64,000 bases of DNA from Candidatus Palauibacter sp. (GCF_965222475.1 NZ_CBDCUB010000008.1:619020-683019); one strand, 5' to 3'; shown: positions 11,107-20,869, counted from the first letter of the stretch. The notes: generated by a model not told the origin, from the letters alone. Numbers and translations are program-made.

Positions 11107-12093
11107 TTACATGATCCCAGGATAACAGAGCTCCTTGAACACCTCGGGATCGGGCGGATCGGCGACGTCGTCGGGCCTGCGGGGGCGGGTGGCTCCGGGC
11201 TCGTACATGAGGAACCGTCCCGCCTCGCACCACACGGACGGGTTGTAGGGTTTCGGGCACTCCGGCAGCGCGAGCCACGCCTCATGCCCCTCCTTGGAGC
11301 TAGCCGTGATCTCCCCATCCGGGCCCATGACCAACGGGACCAACCCCCGGCGGCACACTGGGGGCGGAAGCGGCTCGCTCGCCTCGAACAGGGCGCGCAC
11401 GTAGTCCCGGCCCCGCCCCTCGGGGTCAGCCGAGTAAACACTGATGAGGGCCCCAACCAGTCCGGAAGCGGCGAGCGCGGGGCCCGTGCGATAAGCCTCG
11501 CGGAACGGATCGTCCCCGCCGCCGGCCAGCAGCCGGGCCGCGCGCGTATCGTAAACGCGCACCAGCGCGTCGAACGCCTCCGGGTAGGGCGTGCCCCGCA
11601 GGTAGGATGCGTGGCGCTGCGCCGTCGACAGCGTGGCGTAGGCCTTGGATCGGACCAGGTACTGGTCGGACGAGTACTCCGCGTCGATCAGCAGAATGTC
11701 GGCGAGGGCGTCCACCAGCGCCTCCTGCTCCGCCTGCGTGCGGGGACCGTGCTCCTCCCTCAGCAACGCGACGGCGGGCGAGTTGTCCGGGTCCGGATCG
11801 TTCAGCAGGCTCCAATCGCCGCGTAGCGCCCGCAGCGCCTCGTCCGTGGTCGGCACCCGCCAGCCTCCTCCCTCGTCCAGCACGAGCCCCGGCGCCCACG
11901 CCCGCCCCCGCTCCCCGGGCTCCCGCTCCTGCGCCGGTAACGCTTCCGGCGCGAGAAGCCCGGTCCACGCGACCGCCGCCAATACTCTCCAAATCGATCC
12001 CGTAGCCATGTGCCCTCCTCCTCCGAATGGTCCGCTGGTCGCCGGCGCCGAAGTGCACTGCGGAGACTTCGGACTACCGGCAGGGACCCGCAC
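11107..12093 (-). CDS. secreted hypothetical protein, module component B2 (paralog of 9024..9848). Probable start is the internal Met at about 12009.
   Basis: A signal-peptide-like MATGSIWRVLAAVAWTGLLAPEALPAQ follows an unlikely 28-aa leader. Paralogous motifs shared with B1. Confidence 0.5.
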   Translation of the reverse strand: MRVPAGSPKSPQCTSAPATSGPFGGGGHMATGSIWRVLAAVAWTGLLAPEALPAQEREPGERGRAWAPGLVLDEGGGWRVPTTDEALRALRGDWSLLNDPDPDNSPAVALLREEHGPRTQAEQEALVDALADILLIDAEYSSDQYLVRSKAYATLSTAQRHASYLRGTPYPEAFDALVRVYDTRAARLLAGGGDDPFREAYRTGPALAASGLVGALISVYSADPEGRGRDYVRALFEASEPLPPPVCRRGLVPLVMGPDGEITASSKEGHEAWLALPECPKPYNPSVWCEAGRFLMYEPGATRPRRPDDVADPPDPEVFKELCYPGIM

Positions 12094-13951
12094 GGTGCCC
12101 TTGGATGGGGAGCGTGAGGTACACCCAGGTTGTCCCGCGGCCGCCGCGCTGCGTGGGGGTTACGCCCGGCGTATAGTCCCAATAATCCCACACGAGCTGG
12201 CTGGTGAAGCCCGCAACGGCGCCGCCAGTGGAGCCCAAGACCTTGTCCCTATAATACGTGCGCCATGCACGCTCCAAGTCCTGTTTCAACGTCTGCCGGT
12301 CGCCGCTTACGAGGGTCTCCATGTCCGCTTGGTCCCCTCTCGCCGCCTGGGCGCTAAGGCAGGCGGCGATGGCGTCTTGGTGGTCATTCTCGTGCCCGAT
12401 CAAATCCCTCTCGAACGCTGTCAGGTTCGGCCCCGAACCGCAATTCGTGTTCACCGTGACGAGGTTCGCGCGGGCGGGCAGGGCAGTGGCATGGCAATGC
12501 TGGTTTGCGGGGAGCAGGTTCGCGCCCGGGTATCCACGGTCCTGCGGGTCCAGGTCGTTGTGGACTACGATCGTGGCCGGAATCGTCAGGCTGCCCACGC
12601 CATGCTGGCCGGCCCACGGACCGCTACCGTCAAAGACGGCGTCGTCGGTGAGCGCCGACGTGTGTGTGGGGGGTTCGTACATGCCGAACGTGCCGTCCGT
12701 CCAGGTACCCGTATACGAGACTGAGGAACTCAGCGACACCACCGACGAGGTGCGTGCAGTCACCTCGACGATCCCGGTCATCGTCGTGTCGGCGACTTCC
12801 GGTCCCGAGATGCTGACCGTCATGCTGAGCGTGCTCGTGGCTCTTCCCTCCCACCTGGTGTAGTCCGTTCGGCCCCCTATGGGGCGCGACACGCCCGCTC
12901 CGGTCCGCCAGGCATAGGTAAGGTCGGCAAGCGTCACGGCCGTGTCGGTCGTCGTAACGCGGCAACCTCCGGTCGAGCCACGGCTCGGTGACGAGCAGTT
13001 CAATCGGAACGCCGCGACCCTGGATCCCTCGTCGCCGTCGTCGCCGCCCTTGGGGTTGGTCCCGCCGAGACCGATGCGGCCCGTGCCCGGATTCCGGGGA
13101 GGGATAAGGGTCCCCCATTCCGTGCCCTCGCCGACGAAGTTTAGCACGCAGTCGTCTTCAAATACATCATAGTCCAACCCGACCGGGCACGTCCGTCCCG
13201 TCGTCACGAGGATCTCCTTCATCTGGGCAGGTTCGCACTCCGTTTCGGGTTCGGGGTCGTAGCAGCCCTCGCGCTGCGCCGCGAGCAATGATCGGGGCGC
13301 GGCCCAGCCCGACGCCAGCCTCCAGAGCTCAGCCCACGGTCCGCCCCCCGACGGTCGCGCCGAGGCCCACACCTTGTCGGGCAGCGGAATCCCCACGTCC
13401 TTGAGAATCGCCTTCACGCTCCCGGTCGCCTCCTGACTCGCGCGCTCGGTCCCGGGGAGCAGGCAAACGGCCAGAACGGCCACCCGCTCGGGAAGCACCT
13501 CCTTGCCACCGTCGGACTTGGGCCGGCTCACGGTAACCAGCACCTTGTATTGCTGGCCCCACACCTCGTCGGTGTCACCCTTCGCCTCGGGGCTGAACTC
13601 CAGCACGTACTTCCGGGAGACGTAGCTTCCCGTGGCGGTCCCGAAGTAGAACTCGCACCCCGGCCCGCCGATCCCCTGGATGACCGTCTGCCACGACGGC
13701 AGACTGTCCACATCGGCGCTGAGCCCGGCCTGCGACACGACCGGTGCCCGGGCCGACGCATCCCCACCGGTGGGGGCGGGCTCCCAAAAAAAGTCGGAGC
13801 ACCCCAGGAGTCCTGCCCCCGATGCTCCCGCCACAAGGAATGCCTGCCCGATCCGCAGCCTGAAACGCGGAGGCGCTTCTCGTGGCACTGAAAGTCGGGA
13901 GGGACGACGGCGAAACGACGAGGAGAGACCAGCGCGCGGCCACCTGAACAT
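12074..13951 (-). CDS. HExxH-motif putative lipoprotein A2 (full-length paralog of A1); possible zinc-metallopeptidase-like secreted protein
   Basis: 625 aa. N-terminal hydrophobic stretch ends in LLGC (lipobox-like). Conserved core shared with A1. C-terminal …CGSGPNLTAFERDLIGHENDHQDAIAAC carries an HExxH motif aligned with HEEQH of A1. Confidence 0.5.
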   Translation of the reverse strand: MFRWPRAGLSSSFRRRPSRLSVPREAPPRFRLRIGQAFLVAGASGAGLLGCSDFFWEPAPTGGDASARAPVVSQAGLSADVDSLPSWQTVIQGIGGPGCEFYFGTATGSYVSRKYVLEFSPEAKGDTDEVWGQQYKVLVTVSRPKSDGGKEVLPERVAVLAVCLLPGTERASQEATGSVKAILKDVGIPLPDKVWASARPSGGGPWAELWRLASGWAAPRSLLAAQREGCYDPEPETECEPAQMKEILVTTGRTCPVGLDYDVFEDDCVLNFVGEGTEWGTLIPPRNPGTGRIGLGGTNPKGGDDGDEGSRVAAFRLNCSSPSRGSTGGCRVTTTDTAVTLADLTYAWRTGAGVSRPIGGRTDYTRWEGRATSTLSMTVSISGPEVADTTMTGIVEVTARTSSVVSLSSSVSYTGTWTDGTFGMYEPPTHTSALTDDAVFDGSGPWAGQHGVGSLTIPATIVVHNDLDPQDRGYPGANLLPANQHCHATALPARANLVTVNTNCGSGPNLTAFERDLIGHENDHQDAIAACLSAQAARGDQADMETLVSGDRQTLKQDLERAWRTYYRDKVLGSTGGAVAGFTSQLVWDYWDYTPGVTPTQRGGRGTTWVYLTLPIQGHRAGPCR

Positions 13952-13967
13952 CCATCCTCCCGGGCAG

Positions 13968-14101
13968 AAGGGGACTCACGCCCGGGACTCACGCCCGGGA
14001 CTCACGCCCGGGACTCACGCCCGGGACTCACGCCCGGGACTCACGCCCGGGACTCACGCCCGGGACTCACGCCCGGGACTCACGCCCGGGACTCACGCCC
14101 G
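13968..14101. repeat. tandem array of about 10 copies of a 13-bp unit (CCCGGGACTCACG), 17 bp upstream of the A2 start codon
   Basis: A perfect head-to-tail …gggactcacg cccgggactcacg cccgggactcacg… runs across about 134 bp. Each unit contains a CCCGGG palindrome. The unit length is not a multiple of 3. Confidence 0.85.
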
Positions 14102-14208
14102 AAGATGCTGCGACAGGCCCCCCTCAAACAAGGGAACGGACAGGGGACGACCGGAGCGGGATCGATGAGAAGACCAGGTGGGCCGGGATCCGCCGGACGG
14201 ATGCCGCG

Positions 14209-14905
14209 CTAATCGCGGCGGATCCGGGCTCGCGTCACCTGCGTGTCGGTGCTCGCCACGACCTGGATCCGCACATCGCCGTGCTCGACCACCTCTCCCG
14301 CCTCGGGCACCCGGCCCAGCTCGCCCAGAAGGAAGCCGTTCAGCGACCGGTGCTCGGCCACGGGGAACGACGTGTCGAAAAAGTCGTTGATCTCCCGCAG
14401 TTCGGCGCCGCCATCCACCGCGATCTCGTCCCGCCGCAGCTGGATGATGGGCTCCGGCGGTACATCCGTTTCGTCGACAATGTCGCCGACCAGCTCCTCG
14501 AGGATGTCCTCGAGCGTCACGAGCCCGTCGAGCCCGCCGTGTTCATCCACCACGAGCCCCATGTGCACGCGCCGCGCGCGGAACTGCTCGAGCAGTTCGA
14601 TGAGAATGATCGTGTCCGGCACGAAGTAGGGTTCGCGGGCGAAGCTGGAGAGCGTCAGGTTCCGCCGGCCGCCGAGAAGCGCTTGGTACGCCTCGGTGCG
14701 GTACAGCACGCCGGTCACGTCATCGAGCGACTCGCCGTACACCGGGATCCGGCTGAAGCGCACGTCCGCCAGTGCCTCCGCGATGTCTCCGAGCCTGCGC
14801 GAATCCTCCCAGCCAGGATGTCGACGCGGGGCGTCATGATCTCCCGGGCACGCAGACGGTCGAGAGTGAACACCCGGTCGATGAACTGCCGTTCTCAACG
14901 TGTGC
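14209..14905 (-). pseudogene. truncated, frameshifted paralog of corC (CBS-pair plus CorC_HlyC C-terminal two-thirds only, no DUF21 membrane domain)
   Basis: About 80% nt identity to 15644-16330 of the intact corC (…RIPVYGESLDDVTGVLYRTEAY…VDEHGGLDGLVT…EDILEE…). Homology starts abruptly at about 14905, and a 1-nt deletion near 14810 shifts the frame relative to corC. Confidence 0.6.
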
Positions 14906-15607
14906 ATCTCCCGCATGCCCGCCGGCGAGAGCGTGGTCCGCCCGCGCAGCCGCTGCCCGGCCTGCGGCGCGACGGTCCGCTGGTTCGACAACATCCCCGT
15001 CGTCTCCTGGGTGCTCCTGCGCGCGAGGTGCCGCGACTGTGCGGCCCGGATCTCCTGGCGCTACCCGGCGGTCGAACTCGCCACGCTGGGCATCTGGGTC
15101 GGCATGGCGTGGCAGTACGGGGCGTCGGCCGCCGCCCTCGGCGGCGCGGTCCTGTTCACGCTGCTGCTCGGGATCGCGGTCACCGACGCCTTGCACTACG
15201 TGATCCCCGATCCGCTCTCCCTCGGCGGGCTCGCGTCGGGGCTCGCCGCGTCGCTCCTGCCGGGCCTCACGACGCCGCTCGCCGCGGCCGGCGGCGCGGC
15301 ATTCGGCTTCGGGCTCCTGTTCGTCGTGGGACGCCTCGGCGAGAAGGTTCTCGGAAAACCCGCCCTCGGCGGAGGCGACGTGAAGCTGATCGCGATGGTC
15401 GGGGCCTTCCTGGGCCCGGCCGGCGTCCTCCTCACCATCTTCCTGGGTGCGCTGGCCGGCTCCGTCGTCTTCGGGCCGGTCTCGCTCCGGACCGGGAAGC
15501 CGGTTCCGTTCGGGACGTTCCTCGCTCTCGGCGCCGCCGTCTCGTTCCTGTTCGGCGATGCGCTGATCGACGCCTATCTGCGCCTCGCCACGTCCGCGAG
15601 CGGGTGA
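14900..15607 (+). CDS. prepilin peptidase paralog lacking the N-terminal about 20 residues (first TM helix); possibly non-functional
   Basis: [51 protein letters not shown]… is about 75% identical to PilD at 8177-8941. Homology begins at …FLNVCI… at about 14905, exactly where the corC-derived sequence ends. Confidence 0.6.
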   Translation: MCISRMPAGESVVRPRSRCPACGATVRWFDNIPVVSWVLLRARCRDCAARISWRYPAVELATLGIWVGMAWQYGASAAALGGAVLFTLLLGIAVTDALHYVIPDPLSLGGLASGLAASLLPGLTTPLAAAGGAAFGFGLLFVVGRLGEKVLGKPALGGGDVKLIAMVGAFLGPAGVLLTIFLGALAGSVVFGPVSLRTGKPVPFGTFLALGAAVSFLFGDALIDAYLRLATSASG

Positions 15608-15643
15608 CGGGGAGCGGCTGGCCGCGCCCGCCGATCCGGGCGG

Positions 15644-16867
15644 CTAGCGCCGGCGGATGCGTGCGCGGGTCACCTGCGTGTCGGTGGTCTCGACCACATG
15701 GATCCGCACGTCGCCGTGATCCAGGACCTCGCCCGCTTCCGGAACCCGTCCGAGTTCACCGAGCAGAAACCCGTTGAGGGAGCGGTGCTCGAGCACCGGG
15801 AACGAAGTTCCGAAAAAGTGGTTGATCTCCCGAAGTTCCGTCGCCCCGTCCGCGAGGATTTCGTTCCGGCCGAGCGCGACGATCGACTCCCCCGGCTCGT
15901 CCGTCTCGTCCTCGATGTCGCCGACGACTTCCTCCAGGATGTCCTCCATCGTCACGAGTCCGTCGAGCCCGCCGTGTTCGTCGACGACCAGCGCCATGTG
16001 CACCCGGCGCGCCCGGAACTGCTCCAAAAGTTCGATCAGGGTGATCGTCTCGGGCACGAAGTAGGGTTCCCGGGCGAGCTTCGAGAGCGGGACATCCCGC
16101 TGCCCGTCGAGGAGCGCCCGGTACGCCTCGGTCCGGTACAGCACGCCCGTGACGTCATCCAGCGAGTCGCCGTACACGGGGATCCGGCTGAAGCGGAGGT
16201 CGGACAGTTCGTCCTCGATGTCGCCGAGGCGGCGCGAGTCCTCCCACGCGAGGATGTCGACCCGCGGGGTCATGATCTCCCTCGCACGCAGCCGGTCCAG
16301 GGTGAACACCCGGTCGATGAACTGGCGCTCGTGCGCCTCGATGTCGCCCGCCTGCTGGCCGAGGCGCGCCATGGCGCGGATCTCCCACTCGCTCACGTGC
16401 GTGGCCGACTCGGCCTCGGGAAGCACCCGCCCGACGAGCCATTCCAGGGGTAGCACCACCGGCAGGAGGAAACGGCCGAGCCCCCCGATGAAGGGAGCGG
16501 CGAGGAGGGACAGGCGTTCCGCGTTGCGCGCCGCGAAGCTCTTCGGCGTGATCTCCCCGAAGATGAGGACGAGAAGCGTCATCACGCCCGTGGCGAGACC
16601 CACCCCGGCGGAGCCGAACAGCTCGGTCGCGGTGTAGGTGGCGACGGCGGCGGCGCCGATGTTGGCGACGTTGTTCCCGATCAGGATCGTGATGAGGAGC
16701 CGCTCGGGGTGCTGTTTCAGCTTCTCGAGCGAGCGCGACCCGGGGCGCCGCTCCTGCGCGAGCGCCCGGACCCTCGTTTCACCGAGCGAAAAGAGCGCGA
16801 TCTCGGTGCCGGAGAAGAAGCCCGACAGCACGAGGAGGAGCGCGAGGAGCGCGAGGGTGCCGATCAC
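15644..16867 (-). CDS. corC: CorC/HlyC-family transporter-associated protein (DUF21 TM domain, CBS pair, CorC_HlyC)
   Basis: 407 aa with four N-terminal TM helices, CBS-pair region (…REIMTPRVDILAW…RIPVYGDSLDDVTGVLY…) and C-terminal transporter-associated domain. Confidence 0.85.
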   Translation of the reverse strand: MIGTLALLALLLVLSGFFSGTEIALFSLGETRVRALAQERRPGSRSLEKLKQHPERLLITILIGNNVANIGAAAVATYTATELFGSAGVGLATGVMTLLVLIFGEITPKSFAARNAERLSLLAAPFIGGLGRFLLPVVLPLEWLVGRVLPEAESATHVSEWEIRAMARLGQQAGDIEAHERQFIDRVFTLDRLRAREIMTPRVDILAWEDSRRLGDIEDELSDLRFSRIPVYGDSLDDVTGVLYRTEAYRALLDGQRDVPLSKLAREPYFVPETITLIELLEQFRARRVHMALVVDEHGGLDGLVTMEDILEEVVGDIEDETDEPGESIVALGRNEILADGATELREINHFFGTSFPVLEHRSLNGFLLGELGRVPEAGEVLDHGDVRIHVVETTDTQVTRARIRRR

Positions 16868-16965
16868 CGGTGTCGTACCCCGGCGGCTCGCGGCGGGATC
16901 CCGCGTTGCGCCGCCTGTTCACGACCCGGCGGTGAGGCGCCCGTACTGTCGGTTTCGTCCAAGTT

Positions 16966-18066
<1,101 letters not shown>

Positions 18067-18116
18067 TATGGTCGCAGCAACGTAGGCTTTCTCTGCCCAG
18101 CGTCAAGCGAAACCGG

Positions 18117-18178
18117 CATTGCGAAATTTTTCACAAGCGGACAGATTGCGCTCGCGAAATTTTTCACAAGCGGTGGCG
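18117..18178. promoter_or_regulatory. two copies of a 20-bp AT-rich direct repeat (GCGAAATTTTTCACAAGCGG) 17 bp apart, upstream of the atp operon
   Basis: attGCGAAATTTTTCACAAGCGGacagattgcgctcGCGAAATTTTTCACAAGCGG. An A/T-rich motif stands out in a ~70% GC genome. It lies between the divergent moxR and atpZ-like genes. Confidence 0.35.
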
Positions 18179-18208
18179 GCGCGGCGCGGGCGATGGAGAT
18201 GTCACCCC

Positions 18209-18520
18209 ATGCGACAGCCGTATCGCGGGTCGGCGAACCGGCCGGAACCTGAAGAACCCGAGGAGGGCGCCGCACGCCTGTACGCGAAGGCGGCGGGCAG
18301 CGAGTTCGCGAGCCTCGGCATCGCCATGGGCCTGGCGATCGCGCTCCTCGCCGTCGGCGGCAACTGGCTGGATGGCCGTCTCGGGACCGCACCCCTCTTC
18401 GTGCTCCTCGGCGTGTTCTCGGGGTTCGCGGGGAGTTGCTACAGCCTGTTCGGCCGGCTGGCGGCCCGGCGCGCGGCGTCGGTGGCCGATGAGGCCGACG
18501 AGACGGACTCAGGCGCTTGA
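18209..18520 (+). CDS. AtpZ/AtpI-family small membrane protein (ATP synthase gene-1-like)
   Basis: Two TM helices with the characteristic …LGIAMGLAIALLAVGGNWLDGRLGTAPLFVLLGVFSGFAGSCYSLF…. The ORF track starts at 18119, but the internal Met at 18209 fits the family length. Confidence 0.55.
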   Translation: MRQPYRGSANRPEPEEPEEGAARLYAKAAGSEFASLGIAMGLAIALLAVGGNWLDGRLGTAPLFVLLGVFSGFAGSCYSLFGRLAARRAASVADEADETDSGA

Positions 18521-18930
18521 GCGGCCGCCGAGGCGGGCCGTCGCGCGGCCGGCTGATGTACGCGCTGGTCACGCTGGGGCTGGCCGCGGTGGCCGCGGCC
18601 CTGGCCGGCGGGGGCGATCGCGCGTGGGGTATCGCCACGGCCTGGGTGATCCAGGTCGCGGCGATGGGACCGCTGGACCGGGCGCTGGTCGCCGGACGGA
18701 AGGCAACGAAGCCCTGGCTGGGCGGGATCGCCCTCCGCGCGGGAGGGCTGATCGTGACGGCGGGGCTGGCATGGTCCGCGGCGGCCACCCCCGACCTGCC
18801 GATCGCTTACGCGATCGCGGTGTTGGTGCTGTTGTGGGGCGAGGCCATTCGACTCACGCGCGGGCTCAGGCGAGCCGGTGAGGCGGGGGGCCGGACGGAC
18901 GAACTCGACACGGAACGAAAGACCGGATGA
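18517..18930 (+). CDS. putative ATP synthase protein I-like membrane protein
   Basis: 137-aa multi-TM protein in the position usually occupied by atpI, directly before atpB. Assigned by context only. Confidence 0.4.
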   Translation: MSGRRGGPSRGRLMYALVTLGLAAVAAALAGGGDRAWGIATAWVIQVAAMGPLDRALVAGRKATKPWLGGIALRAGGLIVTAGLAWSAAATPDLPIAYAIAVLVLLWGEAIRLTRGLRRAGEAGGRTDELDTERKTG

Positions 18931-19928
18931 ACCCGGTACTCGATAGATCGATGACCCCCTCCGGGAAGCTGGCGGGTTGGGTGCAGGAGCATGCCCCCGC
19001 GGCGGTCGCTGCGGCCCAGGAACACGGCGAGGCCGCGGCGGCGGGCGCGCACGCCCCCGAGGAGTGGGGCACCGACGTCATGATGCACCACGTCGTGGAC
19101 TCGAACGTGTGGGAGTTCGGGCCCTTCGGCGAGATCCATCTCCCGGAGTTCCCCCCGCTGCATGTCGGCGGCCTCGAGATCGACCTCTCGATCACGAAGC
19201 ATGTTCTGTTCCTCATGTTCGCGACCGTCCTCACCATCATCACGATGTTCATCGCCGCCCGTTCGACGCGGCGACTGGAGGAGGGCGAGAAGGCGCCGGG
19301 AGGGCTGCTCAACGGGATCGAGGCCTTCTATCTCTACCTGAGGGATGACATCGTCATGGCCAACATCGGCCGTGGCGGCGAGAGGTTCGTCCCGCTCGTC
19401 ATCACCCTCTTCTTCTTCATCCTGTATGCGAACCTGCTCGGTCTCATCCCCTTCGGCGCGACGGCGACGGGGAACATCATGGTCACGGCGGCGCTGGCCA
19501 TCATCGCGCTCGTCGTGATCGAGACGGCGGGTTTCGTAGCCCTGGGGCCGGTGGGCTACGCGAAGACGGTGTTCTTCCTGCCGCCGGGGCTGCCGACGGC
19601 GCTGAAGCCGCTCATGCTGATCATCATGGCCCCGGTCGAGTTGATCGCGAAGTTCTCGAAGATCATGGCGCTCGCGATCCGGCTGTTCGCCAACATGACG
19701 GCGGGTCACTTCGCCCTCCTCGCCTTCATGGGGCTCATCCTGACGTACGGGCCGATGGTGGGCGAGGATGGGGTCTTCGGGCTCGCGGTCGGCGGCGCGA
19801 CGATCCTGGGGTCGTTGGGCCTCGCGCTGTTCGTGATGATGCTCGAGATCTTCATCTCGCTTCTGCAGGCGTACATCTTCGCGATGCTGACGTCGGTGTT
19901 CATTGGGTTGATCCGCCACGCACACTGA
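18927..19928 (+). CDS. atpB: F0F1 ATP synthase subunit a
   Basis: C-terminal …LAIRLFANMTAGHFALLAFMGL… with the essential Arg in the a-subunit motif. Confidence 0.9.
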   Translation: MNPVLDRSMTPSGKLAGWVQEHAPAAVAAAQEHGEAAAAGAHAPEEWGTDVMMHHVVDSNVWEFGPFGEIHLPEFPPLHVGGLEIDLSITKHVLFLMFATVLTIITMFIAARSTRRLEEGEKAPGGLLNGIEAFYLYLRDDIVMANIGRGGERFVPLVITLFFFILYANLLGLIPFGATATGNIMVTAALAIIALVVIETAGFVALGPVGYAKTVFFLPPGLPTALKPLMLIIMAPVELIAKFSKIMALAIRLFANMTAGHFALLAFMGLILTYGPMVGEDGVFGLAVGGATILGSLGLALFVMMLEIFISLLQAYIFAMLTSVFIGLIRHAH

Positions 19929-20027
19929 TCCGCGAGGCGACTCGCGAAACTCCCGCGCCGGAGGTGCGCGGACTGAACGGGGGCGTCGTCCGGACCCCCG
20001 ACAGGGAAAGGAAACCGGAGCAATACG

Positions 20028-20291
20028 ATGCTGAACATGTTGACGCTGCTACAGGAGGCCATGTCGACCGGCCAGGGCCTCGCGATCGGTCTGGCCATCG
20101 TCGGAGGCGGGCTCTCGGTACTCGGGGCCGGTGTCGGAATCGGCCTCATCGGCGGGCGCATGACGGAAGCGATGGCCCGTCAGCCCGAAGAGGCGCAGAC
20201 CATCCAGTTGGCCGCGATCGTGCTGGCCGTGTTCATCGAGGGTGTAGCGCTGTTCGGGCTCGTGATCGCCGCCTTCATTCGGGGCATCTGA
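20028..20291 (+). CDS. atpE: F0F1 ATP synthase subunit c
   Basis: 87-aa hairpin proteolipid (…GLAIGLAIVGGGLSVLGAGVGIGLIGGRMTEAMARQPE…FIEGVALFGLVIAAFI). Confidence 0.9.
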   Translation: MLNMLTLLQEAMSTGQGLAIGLAIVGGGLSVLGAGVGIGLIGGRMTEAMARQPEEAQTIQLAAIVLAVFIEGVALFGLVIAAFIRGI

Positions 20292-20842
20292 TGCGTTCGG
20301 TCGGACTCGGCGCGATCGCGGGGTTTGCGGCGCCACTGAAGCTGGCCGCCCAGTCGGAGACGGGGATCTTCTCGCTCAATGTGGGGCTCGTGGTGTGGAC
20401 GTGGATCCTGTTCGGGCTCACGCTCCTCGTTCTGGTGAAGTGGGTCTTCCCGCTCATCTCCGGAGGGCTCGAGCAGAGGCACGAGAAGATCCAGGGCGCC
20501 ATCGACGAGGCCCTCTCCGCACGCGATGAGGCCCAGGAGTTGCTGGCCAGGCAGGAGGCCGCGCTGGAAGCGGCGCGCGGCGAGGCGCGGGAGATGCTGG
20601 AACATGCCCGCCAGCACGCCGACGGCCTCCGGAAGGAGATTCTCGAGGAGGCGCGGGCACAGCAGGCCCAGATGCTCGACGACGCGCGACGGGAAATCGG
20701 ACACGAGCGGGACCGGCTGCGCGAGGAGATCCGGCGGGATGCGGTGGATCTCGCGCTGGCGGCGTGCGAACGGCTGATCCGGGCCCGGCTGGACGCCGAG
20801 GAGAACCGGCGGCTCGTCCGCGAGTTCGTGTCGGGCGTATAG
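20291..20842 (+). CDS. atpF: F0F1 ATP synthase subunit b
   Basis: Single N-terminal TM helix followed by a long charged coiled-coil (…ARDEAQELLARQEAALEAARGEAREMLEHARQHADGL…). The ATG overlaps the atpE stop (ATCTGATG). Confidence 0.8.
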   Translation: MRSVGLGAIAGFAAPLKLAAQSETGIFSLNVGLVVWTWILFGLTLLVLVKWVFPLISGGLEQRHEKIQGAIDEALSARDEAQELLARQEAALEAARGEAREMLEHARQHADGLRKEILEEARAQQAQMLDDARREIGHERDRLREEIRRDAVDLALAACERLIRARLDAEENRRLVREFVSGV

Positions 20843-20869
20843 CGGTCCGATGACGGAGCGAGCGGAGCG

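Noticed and set aside
13968-14101. Considered whether the 13-bp repeat array could be a CRISPR array.
   Set aside because: Units are contiguous with no spacers, the unit is far too short, and no cas genes are nearby. It is a simple tandem repeat.
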